This document shows positions 29,782 through 39,728 of a DNA stretch of 64,000 nucleotides, piece by piece. A program made the position numbers and the translations under genes. The notes below the pieces were generated by a model, which did not search any database, had not been told where the DNA came from, and saw only the letters and a list, made by a program, of their open reading frames with translations. The first letter of the stretch is position 1. Every line of letters starts with the position of its first letter. Location of the stretch: assembly GCA_026387355.1 (NCBI GenBank), contig JAPLLW010000014.1, positions 5,295-69,294 of the forward strand. Reading direction: 5' to 3'. The stretch comes from Candidatus Omnitrophota bacterium. GTDB taxonomy: Bacteria; Omnitrophota; Gorgyraeia; Gygaellales; Profunditerraquicolaceae.

Positions 29782-31059
29782 TTGAGAAAAATGACAAAAC
29801 TATTTAAAAAAATACCCGAGGAATTGAATATTTATATTCTTAATATGCGACAGATCACCCGCCGCAGTAACCTCTCGGTATATTTTGTGGGTGGATTTGT
29901 GAGGGACCTTATTCTGGGAGTTAAGAATCTAGACTTGGATATAGTAGTTGAAGGGGACGGGATAAAATTTGCCAACGACTTTGCCGGTCTTTTTATGGGC
30001 AAAGTTACTGAGCATAAAAATTTCGGCACTGCCACGTTCGTATTAAATGAATTCCTTAAGATAGATTTTTCTAGCGCAAGGAGAGAAATTTACCCAAAGC
30101 CGGCACAGCTTCCAATAGTCTCCCCGGGTTCATTAAGAGATGATTTATTGCGCAGGGATTTTACTATTAACGCCATGGCAATTTCTTTAAGCACAAGCAG
30201 GCTTATTGATTATTTCGACGGGGTTAATGATTTAAGGCTTAAGAAGATACGTGTTTTACACCCTTTAAGTTTTATTGATGATCCTACCAGGATTTTAAGG
30301 GCAATTCGATTTGAGCAGAGATATGGTCTTAAGATCGAGCATAAGACTTTAATGTTTTTAAAAGAAGCACTTGATTTAAAGATGCTTGAGAAACTGCATC
30401 CACATAGGTTGCGCGATGACTTAATCATAATTTTGAAAGAAAATAACCCCGATCGCGTTTTAAAGAGGATTCAAAAACTAGCGGGTTTCAAGTTTATACA
30501 CCCGGCCCTGAAAGTCCCTGCTAAGACTTTCTCATTATTTAAGTCTATTAAGAAAGAAATCAACTGGTTTAAGGCCGGCTGTTTTGAAAGAAGGAGTATG
30601 GATTACTGGATTATTTATCTTATGGCCTTATTAGATTCGTTAGATTTAAATTGCGTTAAGAAGGTTTGTGAAAAATTAGGGTTGCGTAAGGGAGAGACAA
30701 AAAGAATTCTTGCTTATAAACAGATAAGTAAAAAGTCGATCAGCGATTTAAGCAGCAGTAGCCTTAAGCCGTCTAGGATATTTGCTATTTTAGAGCCATT
30801 AAGTTATGAAGTTATACTTATGCTCAAAGTTAAATATTCAAATCGAAACCTTAAGAGACATATCCTGGAATTTCTTGAGATCTATAATGGAATGCGTGTC
30901 TTTGTTTCAGGAGATGATTTGCACGGCATGGGTTTAAAGCCCGGGCCAAGTTATCAAAAGATATTTGCTCAAGTTTTAAATGCTAAGCTAAACTCAAAAG
31001 TAAGGACCAAGGAAGAAGAATTAGCGCTGATTAAGAGCTTGGTAAAGAAGAGGAGTTAA
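29782..31059 (+). CDS. cca: tRNA nucleotidyltransferase / poly(A) polymerase family protein (CCA-adding head domain)
   Basis: 425 aa; GGFVRDLILG...DLDIVVEG nucleotidyltransferase head motif and RRDFTINAMA; no HD domain, so a CCA-adding vs poly(A) role cannot be separated by eye. Confidence 0.75.
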   Translation: MRKMTKLFKKIPEELNIYILNMRQITRRSNLSVYFVGGFVRDLILGVKNLDLDIVVEGDGIKFANDFAGLFMGKVTEHKNFGTATFVLNEFLKIDFSSARREIYPKPAQLPIVSPGSLRDDLLRRDFTINAMAISLSTSRLIDYFDGVNDLRLKKIRVLHPLSFIDDPTRILRAIRFEQRYGLKIEHKTLMFLKEALDLKMLEKLHPHRLRDDLIIILKENNPDRVLKRIQKLAGFKFIHPALKVPAKTFSLFKSIKKEINWFKAGCFERRSMDYWIIYLMALLDSLDLNCVKKVCEKLGLRKGETKRILAYKQISKKSISDLSSSSLKPSRIFAILEPLSYEVILMLKVKYSNRNLKRHILEFLEIYNGMRVFVSGDDLHGMGLKPGPSYQKIFAQVLNAKLNSKVRTKEEELALIKSLVKKRS

Positions 31060-31062
31060 ATT

Positions 31063-31506
31063 ATGTCAAGGCTGGATAGGGTAGCGGAAGCAGTTAGACA
31101 AGAGGCAAGCGTAATAATTCACGATAAACTTAAAGACCCGCGCTTGGGGTTTGTTACGATTTCAAGGGTTGAGATGACTCCGGATTTAAGATACGCTAAG
31201 ATCTTCTTTAGCGTACTAGGAAATGACGAGGCGCATAAGAAGACAAAAGAGGCATTAAATTCCGGCATGGGTTTTATCCGTAAGTTGCTTGCGCAAAGGT
31301 TGAATCTGAAGTTTGCCCCGGAGATCGGTTTTTATGAAGACAGGTCCACAGAATACAGCGTGCGCATTGAAGAGGTTTTAAATGAACTGAAGGAAAGTGA
31401 AAAGCCGGTTGCAGCAGCTAAAGAAATAACTGACAATGAAGAAAAGGAAGGTAAAGATGAACAAGTCAAGCCTAAGAAAAGTCGCCGTAGCAATAAAAAA
31501 ACATAA
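31063..31506 (+). CDS. rbfA: ribosome-binding factor A, with lysine-rich C-terminal tail
   Basis: 147 aa; RLDRVAEAVRQEAS...DPRLGFVTISRVEMTPDLRYAKIFFSVLG is canonical RbfA. Confidence 0.9.
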   Translation: MSRLDRVAEAVRQEASVIIHDKLKDPRLGFVTISRVEMTPDLRYAKIFFSVLGNDEAHKKTKEALNSGMGFIRKLLAQRLNLKFAPEIGFYEDRSTEYSVRIEEVLNELKESEKPVAAAKEITDNEEKEGKDEQVKPKKSRRSNKKT

Positions 31507-32437
31507 ACGTTTCATTATTACAGCACATACCTCTCCTGAGGGTGATGCTATTGGTGCAGAACTCGCCTTCTTTCATCTATTAAAGAAGCTTGGTAAGAGC
31601 GCAGTTATTATTAATGAAGATCCTACTCCGGTTGAGTACAATTTTCTTCCGGGAAAAGACAAGATAAAAGTTTATAAGCCCGGTTTAAATAGCATTGATT
31701 TTGATTGTTTGGCGGTGCTTGATTGTTCTGATTTAAGCCGTACGGGCCAGGTTCATAAATTAAATAAATATAATAAGCCGGTAATTAATATAGACCATCA
31801 TATAAGTAATAGTAATTTTGGCGATGTGAACCTGGTTTGTGCTGAGGCATCCTCTGCTTCGGAGCTGGTTTATAGTTTGTATAAACATATGCGCGTACCT
31901 ATAGATAAGGATTCAGCGCTTCTTTTGTATGTCGGAATCATGACTGATACCGGAAGCTTTCGTTACTCCAATACAACATCTTTTACCCATAATATAGTCG
32001 GGGAACTAATGCGCTTTGGTATTGATATCCGCCAGGCCTATAAGAATATTTACGAAAACATACCTCTTATTGATGCGCAGTTATTAATCAAAATACTTTC
32101 AGGGGTGCATATTACTGCCGGAGGTAGAATAGCATGGTGCAGTGTCCCGGCTAAATTATTAAGAAATAAAAAACTATCTTTCGATCTCTCGGATCATATC
32201 TTGAGTTTTATCCGCAGCATTAAAGATGCCCAGGTTGCAGCGCTTTTCAGGGAGAACCTCGGAACCAAGAAAGAGATACGTTTCAATTTAAGATCTAACG
32301 GCCAGGTTGATGTAAATAAGATCGCTAAAGTATTCGGCGGAGGAGGGCATAAGACTGCCTCCGGTTGCACGTTGGCAGGCGAACTTTCTTTGGTGCGCCG
32401 CAAAGTTATTGCCAGGATTCAAGAGAATCTTAAATAA
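31457..32437 (+). CDS. nrnA: DHH-family oligoribonuclease / pAp phosphatase NrnA
   Basis: DHH motifs (ITAHTSPEGDAIG, DHHISN) plus DHHA1 (GGGHKTASG); start placed at Met 31457 after RBS AAGGAAGG (track start 31436). Confidence 0.85.
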   Translation: MNKSSLRKVAVAIKKHKRFIITAHTSPEGDAIGAELAFFHLLKKLGKSAVIINEDPTPVEYNFLPGKDKIKVYKPGLNSIDFDCLAVLDCSDLSRTGQVHKLNKYNKPVINIDHHISNSNFGDVNLVCAEASSASELVYSLYKHMRVPIDKDSALLLYVGIMTDTGSFRYSNTTSFTHNIVGELMRFGIDIRQAYKNIYENIPLIDAQLLIKILSGVHITAGGRIAWCSVPAKLLRNKKLSFDLSDHILSFIRSIKDAQVAALFRENLGTKKEIRFNLRSNGQVDVNKIAKVFGGGGHKTASGCTLAGELSLVRRKVIARIQENLK

Positions 32438-32478
32438 CATACAAATCTTCTTCCTCCGGTAGTCCTAGAAAATAAATT

Positions 32479-33381
32479 ATGAAGATTTTTAATGGCATAA
32501 ATAAAATCAGTAAATTCCGTAATCCCGTGGTTGCAATGGGAGTTTTTGACGGTGTGCATAAGGGGCACAGGGAAATCCTTAAGGCTGCAGTAAGGAAAGC
32601 GCAAAAGATTGGAGGCTTGAGTGTTGCTTTTACTTTTTGGCCCCATCCCCAGCAGGAGGAGAGTCTCTATTCGCTTGAACATAGGCTGCAGCTTATTGCC
32701 GAGCTGGGCGTTGATGTTTGCATAATAGTAAGATTCAGCAAGCATTTTTCGAAGATTTCTGCCAGCTCATTTATAAAGAATATTTTAGTTAAGAAGATTA
32801 ACGTCAAATATATTTACGTAGGCAGTGATTTTAAGTTTGGTAAAGGTGCCCTGGGAGATCTTGATTTATTAAGAGAAGAGGGTAAGTTTCATAATTTTGG
32901 AGTAAAGGGTTTTAGGATTATTAAAGTAAAAGGTCGACCGATCAGAAGCACCTTAATCCGTTCGCTTATAAAAACAGGTAAGATTAAGGATGCAGAGAAA
33001 TTGTTGGGTCGCCGGGTGAGCGTGTTAGGCTCTGTTATAAAAGGAACTGCATTAGGCAGGATATTGGGCTTTCCGACGGCAAATATTGATCCTCATCATG
33101 AAGTAATCCCGGCTTCGGGGATTTATGCGGTAAGGATAATCCTTGATAAGCATAAATTAAAAGGTGCCTGTTATATCGGAAAGAGACCCACCATAGAAGC
33201 AGGAAATAATAAAATTAATATTGAGGTGCACATATTCAATTTTAATACAGATATATATGGGAAATATTTGGAAATTCAATTTGTAAAAAAGATCCGTTCC
33301 GATAAGAAATTTAATTCTTTAGACAAATTAGCCCTCCAGATTAAAAAAGATCTGATTTCTGCGAAGAAAATCCCTTTTTAA
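32479..33381 (+). CDS. ribF: bifunctional riboflavin kinase / FMN adenylyltransferase
   Basis: 300 aa; N-terminal FAD-synthetase nucleotidyl-transferase fold (VAMGVFDGVHKGH) and C-terminal flavokinase (GFPTANI). Confidence 0.9.
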   Translation: MKIFNGINKISKFRNPVVAMGVFDGVHKGHREILKAAVRKAQKIGGLSVAFTFWPHPQQEESLYSLEHRLQLIAELGVDVCIIVRFSKHFSKISASSFIKNILVKKINVKYIYVGSDFKFGKGALGDLDLLREEGKFHNFGVKGFRIIKVKGRPIRSTLIRSLIKTGKIKDAEKLLGRRVSVLGSVIKGTALGRILGFPTANIDPHHEVIPASGIYAVRIILDKHKLKGACYIGKRPTIEAGNNKINIEVHIFNFNTDIYGKYLEIQFVKKIRSDKKFNSLDKLALQIKKDLISAKKIPF

Positions 33382-33466
33382 TCTTCTTAAATACCACAAT
33401 ATATTGCGATCTAAAGCTAAATCCACACTACTCATTGTTTTAGAGTAAGTTAGGGATTTTTTTTTC

Positions 33467-33495
33467 TTGACAAAGGGGAGGATTTTATCTATACT
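33467..33495 (+). promoter_or_regulatory. consensus sigma70 promoter TTGACA-N17-TATACT (Pmra) for the dcw cluster
   Basis: Read directly: TTGACA 33467-33472, TATACT 33490-33495. Confidence 0.65.
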
Positions 33496-33505
33496 TGACC
33501 TACAA

Positions 33506-33530
33506 GTGGGTTAAAGTGGAGTAGTGTGGA
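33506..33530 (+). promoter_or_regulatory. putative MraZ operator: three direct GTGG(G/A) repeats at 10-bp spacing immediately downstream of the -10 element
   Basis: GTGGG 33506-10, GTGGA 33516-20, GTGGA 33526-30; resembles the E. coli MraZ-binding TGGGN repeats at 10-bp phasing in Pmra. Confidence 0.5.
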
Positions 33531-33545
33531 AGGGAGCTAAAAGCC

Positions 33546-33983
33546 ATGTTTTACGGCGAATACCAACATTCAATAGACCGTAAAGGTCGTCTAATATTAC
33601 CTGCCAAATTTCGTGAAGCTGCCAAGTCGCATTTTATCGAAAAGTTTTTTGTTACCCGCGGTCTGGATAGCTGCCTTTTTATGTTCAGTGAAGAGGAATG
33701 GAAGGCGCAGGAGTCTAAGTTTAAGGCTGTGTCCTTTACTAAGCTTGAGTCGCGTAAGTTTAACCGTCTGTATTTTTCCGGAGCAGTTGATGTAAATTTT
33801 GATACCCAAGGCAGGATACTCTTGCCCCAATATTTGAAAGATTATGCCCAGATAAAAAAGGATGTTGTTGTAGTCGGAGTTTCTAACCGGATTGAAATTT
33901 GGGCTCGCGATAAGTGGGTTGAGTTTTATGGAAATTCACGGCAGTCTTTTGAGGAGATTGCTGAGAAATTGATGGATGCCTGA
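33546..33983 (+). CDS. mraZ: transcriptional regulator MraZ
   Basis: 145 aa; two SpoVT/AbrB-like halves, DRKGRLILP and DTQGRILLP. Confidence 0.9.
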   Translation: MFYGEYQHSIDRKGRLILPAKFREAAKSHFIEKFFVTRGLDSCLFMFSEEEWKAQESKFKAVSFTKLESRKFNRLYFSGAVDVNFDTQGRILLPQYLKDYAQIKKDVVVVGVSNRIEIWARDKWVEFYGNSRQSFEEIAEKLMDA

Positions 33984-34878
33984 TATTAAATTTCATACTC
34001 CCGTAATGTTACGGGAGGTTTTGGAGTATTTAGATTTAGAGCCTGGCGAAGTAATTGTAGATGCAACATTAGGTACTGCCGGGCATGCTTTAAGCATAAT
34101 AGAGCGGATTCTCCCCGGAGGACGGCTCGTTGCGCTAGACCGTGATAAAGCATCAATTGAGGTTGCGCGCAGTCGGCTGAGTGAGTTTGGGTCCGCTATT
34201 GAATTAGTCCACGGAAGCTTCGTGGATATAGATAAGCTCTTAGAAAATTTGAAAATCAGAAAAGTTGACGGTGTGCTTTTTGATTTAGGTATCTCATCGT
34301 TTCAGTTACAGGATCCAGAGCGAGGTTTTAGCTTCCAAAGCGAGGGGCCATTGGATATGCGCATGGATAGAGACAGTTATATATCTGCATATGATCTGGT
34401 GAATAATCTCAGCGAGGAGGAGTTTTCTACGCTGCTCTGGAATTTTGGCGAGGAGAGGTGGCATAATCGTATCGCCCGGCTGCTTGTGCAGGAGAGGTCT
34501 AAAGAGCCTATTGCGACTACTCTTCAGCTTGTTAATATTGCAGCAAGGGCCGTGCCTGTGAGATATCGACATAGGCATTATCGCATACATCCGGCAACGC
34601 GTACTTTTCAGGCAGTGCGTATAGCCGTGAATAGAGAGCTGGAGATTTTAGAAGGCGCTGTTAACAAAGCTATTGCACTTTTAGAAAAAAAAGCTAGAAT
34701 ATGTGTTATTTCATTCCATTCATTGGAAGATCGTATTGTAAAGTTTGCGTTCCGAAAGGCTGAATCTGAAGGATTTATAAATATATTAACGCCAAAACCT
34801 TTAACGCCATCCCAGTCTGAGGTTGAGGCTAATTCCGCTAGCCGTTCCTCAAAGCTTAGGGTGGCAGAAAGAATTTAA
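33976..34878 (+). CDS. rsmH: 16S rRNA (cytosine1402-N4)-methyltransferase RsmH
   Basis: 300 aa; HTPVMLREVLEYL, VDATLGTAGH, DLGISSFQLQ, FHSLEDRIVK. Confidence 0.9.
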   Translation: MPDIKFHTPVMLREVLEYLDLEPGEVIVDATLGTAGHALSIIERILPGGRLVALDRDKASIEVARSRLSEFGSAIELVHGSFVDIDKLLENLKIRKVDGVLFDLGISSFQLQDPERGFSFQSEGPLDMRMDRDSYISAYDLVNNLSEEEFSTLLWNFGEERWHNRIARLLVQERSKEPIATTLQLVNIAARAVPVRYRHRHYRIHPATRTFQAVRIAVNRELEILEGAVNKAIALLEKKARICVISFHSLEDRIVKFAFRKAESEGFINILTPKPLTPSQSEVEANSASRSSKLRVAERI

Positions 34879-34883
34879 AGTCA

Positions 34884-35249
34884 ATGAGATTGAATAAGTT
34901 TTTAACCATGGTACTTAGCGTTACGTTGTTTTCACTGTTTTATGTTTATCAACAGACAGAGATTGTCAGACTTGCTTATTCTGAACAAAAGCAGCATTCA
35001 GTATTCCAGGATTTGTTGGATAAAAACAGTAATTTAAGATATAATATTGAAAAGAGTTGTTCTCTGGTAAATATCGGCGCAAGCGTTTCTAATCACTCGG
35101 ATTTTCAGATGCCCGATAAATTCCAGTTAGTTAGATTGGTTCCAGGTAAAGAAGGTATTACCTTTGTTCAACAGTCAGCGAATAAAGAAACCTTATTGTC
35201 GCGTATTTTCGGTAAGGGACAGGCTGAAGCTAAGACAATTAACCCATAA
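34884..35249 (+). CDS. ftsL: cell division protein FtsL-like (single-TM)
   Basis: 121 aa; single N-terminal TM helix then a short coiled region; position between rsmH and ftsI. Confidence 0.6.
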   Translation: MRLNKFLTMVLSVTLFSLFYVYQQTEIVRLAYSEQKQHSVFQDLLDKNSNLRYNIEKSCSLVNIGASVSNHSDFQMPDKFQLVRLVPGKEGITFVQQSANKETLLSRIFGKGQAEAKTINP

Positions 35250-35270
35250 ATTCATCAATAAGAAAATAAT

Positions 35271-36995
35271 GTGTATATAAGCAATTATCGCCGTAAATCT
35301 GAGGCGGTTTTTTTATTTTTTGTACTTTTCTTGATCTTCTGTATTGGCAGGCTGCTATTTATACAATTCTTTCGTTCAGCCTACCTAGCGGATATTGCAA
35401 AAAAGCAGCATAATTTATTAGTAGAGATTGAACCCTTACGTGGGATTATCTACGATTCAAATTTAAAACCCCAGACGCTTAATATACCCGCTGATTCTCT
35501 GTATGCCTCTCCTAATATTATCAAAGATAATGTTAAGGAACAGATCATTCGTCAATTATCCGGAATATTGAAAGTAAGCCAGGAATATCTTAGGGAAAGA
35601 TTAACCCGGAAGAAGTCATTCATATGGCTAGCGCGTAAAATAAGCGCGCAGCAGTCAGAGGAAATAAAAAAATTAAATATTAGAGGGTTAGGTTTCATAA
35701 AAGAGAGCAGGCGTAGCTATCCGAATACTTATCTGGCTAGTCAGATAATCGGTTTTGCGGGTCTGGATAATCTTGGCCTGGAAGGCATAGAGCTATCTTT
35801 GGATAAATATTTGAGGGGTATCCCCGGTTGGGCTATTTTCTTAAGAGACGCCCGTCAAAAGAAATTAGACATTTGGGAGAAGATGGTTCCTTCTAAAGAG
35901 GGAGATGATGTTATATTAACTATAGATCAGGTCATCCAGTATATTGCCGAGCGCGAATTGGATAATGCATTTAGAATTCATCATGCTAAGGGCGCAAGTA
36001 TTGTTGTAATGGATCCTTATACAGGAAGGATCCTGGCTTTAGCAAGTAGGCCTACCTATGATTTAAATGAGCATAGTAATGTGAGCAAAGACCAGACGCG
36101 CGATAGAGCTATTTGCGACATGTTCGAACCGGGGTCGGTATTTAAAATCGTTACCGCTTCAGCTGCCTTGGAAGAGAAAAAAATAAACGAAGATGATAAA
36201 TTCTTCTGCGAAAATGGCTCATATAAAGTCGGGAATCATATATTACATGATCACACTTCGCATGGTTGGCTTACTTTTAGAGAGGTAATTGAAGAGTCGA
36301 GCAATATTGGGACAACTAAAGTTGCCCAGATACTTGGGCCAAATATCATATACAAGTATGCTAAATTATTCGGGTTTGGTTCTAAGTTGGGAGTAGATCT
36401 GCCCGGGGAAATTTCAGGTTCGCTAAAAGAGCCGCGTTTCTGGTCGAAGACTTCCATTGGTGCTGTGCCTATAGGCCAGGAGGTAGGAGTCACAGCGTTA
36501 CAACTAGCCAGCGCAATCTCGGTTATTGCTAACGGCGGACAATTAATGAGGCCCTATGTGATTGAAGAGATTCGCGATAAGCACGCAGAGGTTATAAAGA
36601 AGAATTCTCCGGTAGTAATACACAGGGTTATCTCTCCTGATGCCGCTGCCCGAATGGCTAAAATGTTAACTGGAGTAATCGAAGAGGGGACAGGCAAGAT
36701 GGCCCAGATCGAGGGTTTTACTTCCGCGGGTAAGACCGGGACAGCGCAAAAGTTGGAGCCAAACGGAGCATACTCTCATAATAAATTCGTAGCTTCTTTT
36801 ATCGGGTTTGTTCCTGCAGAGGATCCACTCATTGCTATTGCGGTTAGCGTGGACGAACCGCATCCGAATTATTTTGGAGGGGTGGTTGCGGCACCCGTAT
36901 TCAAAAATGTGGCTTCTGATGTTATAAGGTATTTAAAGGCCAAAAAGGCTATGGGGAAAGAATTAAAATTAAATGCAAATAGAAAAACTAATTAA
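35271..36995 (+). CDS. ftsI: peptidoglycan D,D-transpeptidase FtsI (PBP3-like class B PBP)
   Basis: 574 aa; N-terminal TM, dimerisation domain, transpeptidase motifs SVFK, SSN (EESSNIG) and KTG(T). Confidence 0.9.
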   Translation: MYISNYRRKSEAVFLFFVLFLIFCIGRLLFIQFFRSAYLADIAKKQHNLLVEIEPLRGIIYDSNLKPQTLNIPADSLYASPNIIKDNVKEQIIRQLSGILKVSQEYLRERLTRKKSFIWLARKISAQQSEEIKKLNIRGLGFIKESRRSYPNTYLASQIIGFAGLDNLGLEGIELSLDKYLRGIPGWAIFLRDARQKKLDIWEKMVPSKEGDDVILTIDQVIQYIAERELDNAFRIHHAKGASIVVMDPYTGRILALASRPTYDLNEHSNVSKDQTRDRAICDMFEPGSVFKIVTASAALEEKKINEDDKFFCENGSYKVGNHILHDHTSHGWLTFREVIEESSNIGTTKVAQILGPNIIYKYAKLFGFGSKLGVDLPGEISGSLKEPRFWSKTSIGAVPIGQEVGVTALQLASAISVIANGGQLMRPYVIEEIRDKHAEVIKKNSPVVIHRVISPDAAARMAKMLTGVIEEGTGKMAQIEGFTSAGKTGTAQKLEPNGAYSHNKFVASFIGFVPAEDPLIAIAVSVDEPHPNYFGGVVAAPVFKNVASDVIRYLKAKKAMGKELKLNANRKTN

Positions 36996-38409
36996 ATTAA
37001 TCCGCAGTTCCAGATTTAGCGGCTTAAGCGCTGATTCAAAAGCGATAAGAAATAATTCTATTTTTGTTGCAGTAAAAGGCTCTAAATTAGACGGAAGTAA
37101 GTTTATTAAGGAGGCGCTAGGGCGCGGGGCAAGAATTATAGTTTGCGATAAGACTGTGCCAATAAATCGTTATAAAAATGCTGATTTTATAAAAGTTAAA
37201 GATACGCGTAAGGCATTAGCGCAATTAGCCGCGGAGTTTTATAATCATCCAACGCGTAAGCAAAAAATAGTTGCAGTCACGGGGACAAACGGTAAAACTA
37301 CCATTACTTATTTGCTCGAAGCCATACTTAAGGAGAGGGGGGTTCATTCTGGAGTGATAGGTACGATTAATTACCGTTTCAAAAACAAAGTTTTTAAAGC
37401 AAAGAATACTACCCCTGGTCCGATTGAGCTTCAGTCGGTGTTAGCGAAAATGCTAAGAGAGAATATTAAATATGTTGCAATGGAGGTTTCTTCTCATGCT
37501 TTAGACCAGGATAGGGTTCTGGGTATAAATTTTCATTCCGCAATCTTTACCAATCTCACCCAAGACCACCTTGATTATCATGGAACAATGCAAAAATACT
37601 TTCTGGCCAAGGCAAAACTCTTTAAAACAATGTCTGGCGAGTCGTTTGCTGTGATTAATAATGACGATAAATATTCCAGAAAACTTAAAATGATCACGCC
37701 CGTACGGCTTATTACATATGGTATTGAGAATAAGTCCGAAGTAATGGCAAAAAACATTCATTTTGATGTTTCGCATACAGAATTTACCCTTGTTTTCAAT
37801 AAAAAGGAAATGCAATTAAGAATATCTTTAATTGGCAGGCATAATGTTTATAATACCCTAGCGGTTATCGCCTGGGCGCTAGAAGAAGGTTTTAGTCAAC
37901 AGCTTATTAAGAAAGCGCTTGCGAAGTTTTCTTTTGTCCCGGGTAGGCTTGAGCGTATAAACTCTAAGAAAGGATTCTCAATCTTTGTGGATTATGCACA
38001 TACCGATGATGCACTTAAGAATATTCTTACTTCATTGAGGCAGCTCTCTCCTAAAAGAATTATCACTTTATTCGGTTGTGGAGGAGACCGGGATAAACTT
38101 AAGCGCCCTAAGATGGGTAATGTTGTCACTGAGCTATCAGACCAGGTGGTACTTACCAGTGATAATTCCCGCTTTGAAAAGCCCATGGCTATAATTAAAG
38201 ATATTTTAAGCGGCATTAGAAAATCTAATTATTGCGTGGTTATGGATAGGGCTAAGGCGATAAGAAAAGCCTTGCTCTTGGCAAGGCCGGGCGATATCGT
38301 AGTATTAGCGGGTAAGGGGCATGAGGATTATCAGATAGTTAAAGATAAAAAACTGCATTTTAATGATATGGAGGAAGCTTGTAGATGTTTAAGGTCTCTG
38401 AATTATTAG
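36973..38409 (+). CDS. murE: UDP-N-acetylmuramoyl-L-alanyl-D-glutamate--2,6-diaminopimelate ligase
   Basis: 478 aa; Mur ligase P-loop GTNGKTT; C-terminal DNPR motif (TSDNSR) consistent with meso-DAP specificity. Confidence 0.85.
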   Translation: MQIEKLIKLIRSSRFSGLSADSKAIRNNSIFVAVKGSKLDGSKFIKEALGRGARIIVCDKTVPINRYKNADFIKVKDTRKALAQLAAEFYNHPTRKQKIVAVTGTNGKTTITYLLEAILKERGVHSGVIGTINYRFKNKVFKAKNTTPGPIELQSVLAKMLRENIKYVAMEVSSHALDQDRVLGINFHSAIFTNLTQDHLDYHGTMQKYFLAKAKLFKTMSGESFAVINNDDKYSRKLKMITPVRLITYGIENKSEVMAKNIHFDVSHTEFTLVFNKKEMQLRISLIGRHNVYNTLAVIAWALEEGFSQQLIKKALAKFSFVPGRLERINSKKGFSIFVDYAHTDDALKNILTSLRQLSPKRIITLFGCGGDRDKLKRPKMGNVVTELSDQVVLTSDNSRFEKPMAIIKDILSGIRKSNYCVVMDRAKAIRKALLLARPGDIVVLAGKGHEDYQIVKDKKLHFNDMEEACRCLRSLNY

Positions 38410-39728
38410 AAGCTACGCAGGGTAAATTAATCTCCGGAAGCAGGGATCAGCTTGTTAATGATATTTGCATAGATTCGCGCAATATCAAAAAAGGGAGCGC
38501 TTTTATTGCGATTAAGGGAGATAGATTTGACGGCCATGATTTTATTCGCCAGGCATTTAAAAAAGGCGCAACTTGTATAATAGCTAAGAATTCAAAGGGG
38601 CTTAAAAAAGGGACGATTATAATTGTAAAAGACACGATAAAGGCATTGGGCGATATTGCCCGAATGCATAGAAATAGATTTGATATTCCGATAATTACCG
38701 TTACCGGTTCTAACGGTAAGACGACTACCAAGGAGATGATTGCTTCTGTTTTATCCGGAAAGTTTAAAGTACTTAAGAACGAAGGGACTAAGAATAATCA
38801 TATCGGCTTACCGCTGACTCTTTTAAAGCTGGATAGTTCTTATGATATAGCGGTGCTAGAGGTGGGGACTAACCATTTCGGAGAAGTTAAATATTTAAGC
38901 AGTATAGTCCGGGCAAATATAGGCGTAATTACGAATATCGGACTGTCGCATCTGGAATACTTTAAGAACTTATCGGGAGTTTTTAGAGAAAAACTCGAGC
39001 TGATTAAGAATCTTAAAAGGCCGGGATTGGCAATTTTGAATGCAGATGATCCCTTCTTAAAGAAAGTGGTTTATAAAAAATCAAAATTACCGATTGTTAT
39101 CGGAGTAGGGATTAATAAAGAAAGTGATTTTACCGCATCTAACATAAAGGTATCTGAGGGGAAGCCGGAGTTTAAGGCTAATCGAAAGTTTAGGTTTGCA
39201 TTAAATACCTTAGGGTATTATAATATCTATAACAGCCTTTTAGCTATTGCCGTGGGCAGGGTTTTTGGTTTGAGGTATCGGGATATCGCGTTACAATTAG
39301 CTGCCTTTAATCTTCCCAAGAGCAGGCTTAATTTCAGGGAAATAAATAAAATTAAGTTTATTGATGATACCTATAACGCCAATCCTGTTTCTTTAAAGCA
39401 GGCGCTAGAGGTGCTTAAGGGACTAACTGTTAAAGGAAGAAAGATCTTAGTTTTGGGCGATATGCTTGAATTAGGGAAAAGCTCCCAAAGGTTTCACGAT
39501 CAATCTTTAAACGATGCGCTTAAGTCTTGCGATACGCTGATAACCGTAGGAAAGTTTACGGCTACTTCTGTTGCCAAGAAGCTATTCTTAAAAAAGAATA
39601 TTTTTACTTGTAAAGATTCATTCCAGGCTAGAGACGTTTTATATAAAGAAATTCGTGTTGCCCCGAGCGATATTGTGTTAGTTAAGGGTTCGCGTAGTAT
39701 GAAAATGGAAGAGGTTTTTAACACCTAA
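38385..39728 (+). CDS. murF: UDP-N-acetylmuramoyl-tripeptide--D-alanyl-D-alanine ligase
   Basis: 447 aa; Mur ligase P-loop GSNGKTTTKEM; position after murE. Confidence 0.85.
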   Translation: MFKVSELLEATQGKLISGSRDQLVNDICIDSRNIKKGSAFIAIKGDRFDGHDFIRQAFKKGATCIIAKNSKGLKKGTIIIVKDTIKALGDIARMHRNRFDIPIITVTGSNGKTTTKEMIASVLSGKFKVLKNEGTKNNHIGLPLTLLKLDSSYDIAVLEVGTNHFGEVKYLSSIVRANIGVITNIGLSHLEYFKNLSGVFREKLELIKNLKRPGLAILNADDPFLKKVVYKKSKLPIVIGVGINKESDFTASNIKVSEGKPEFKANRKFRFALNTLGYYNIYNSLLAIAVGRVFGLRYRDIALQLAAFNLPKSRLNFREINKIKFIDDTYNANPVSLKQALEVLKGLTVKGRKILVLGDMLELGKSSQRFHDQSLNDALKSCDTLITVGKFTATSVAKKLFLKKNIFTCKDSFQARDVLYKEIRVAPSDIVLVKGSRSMKMEEVFNT

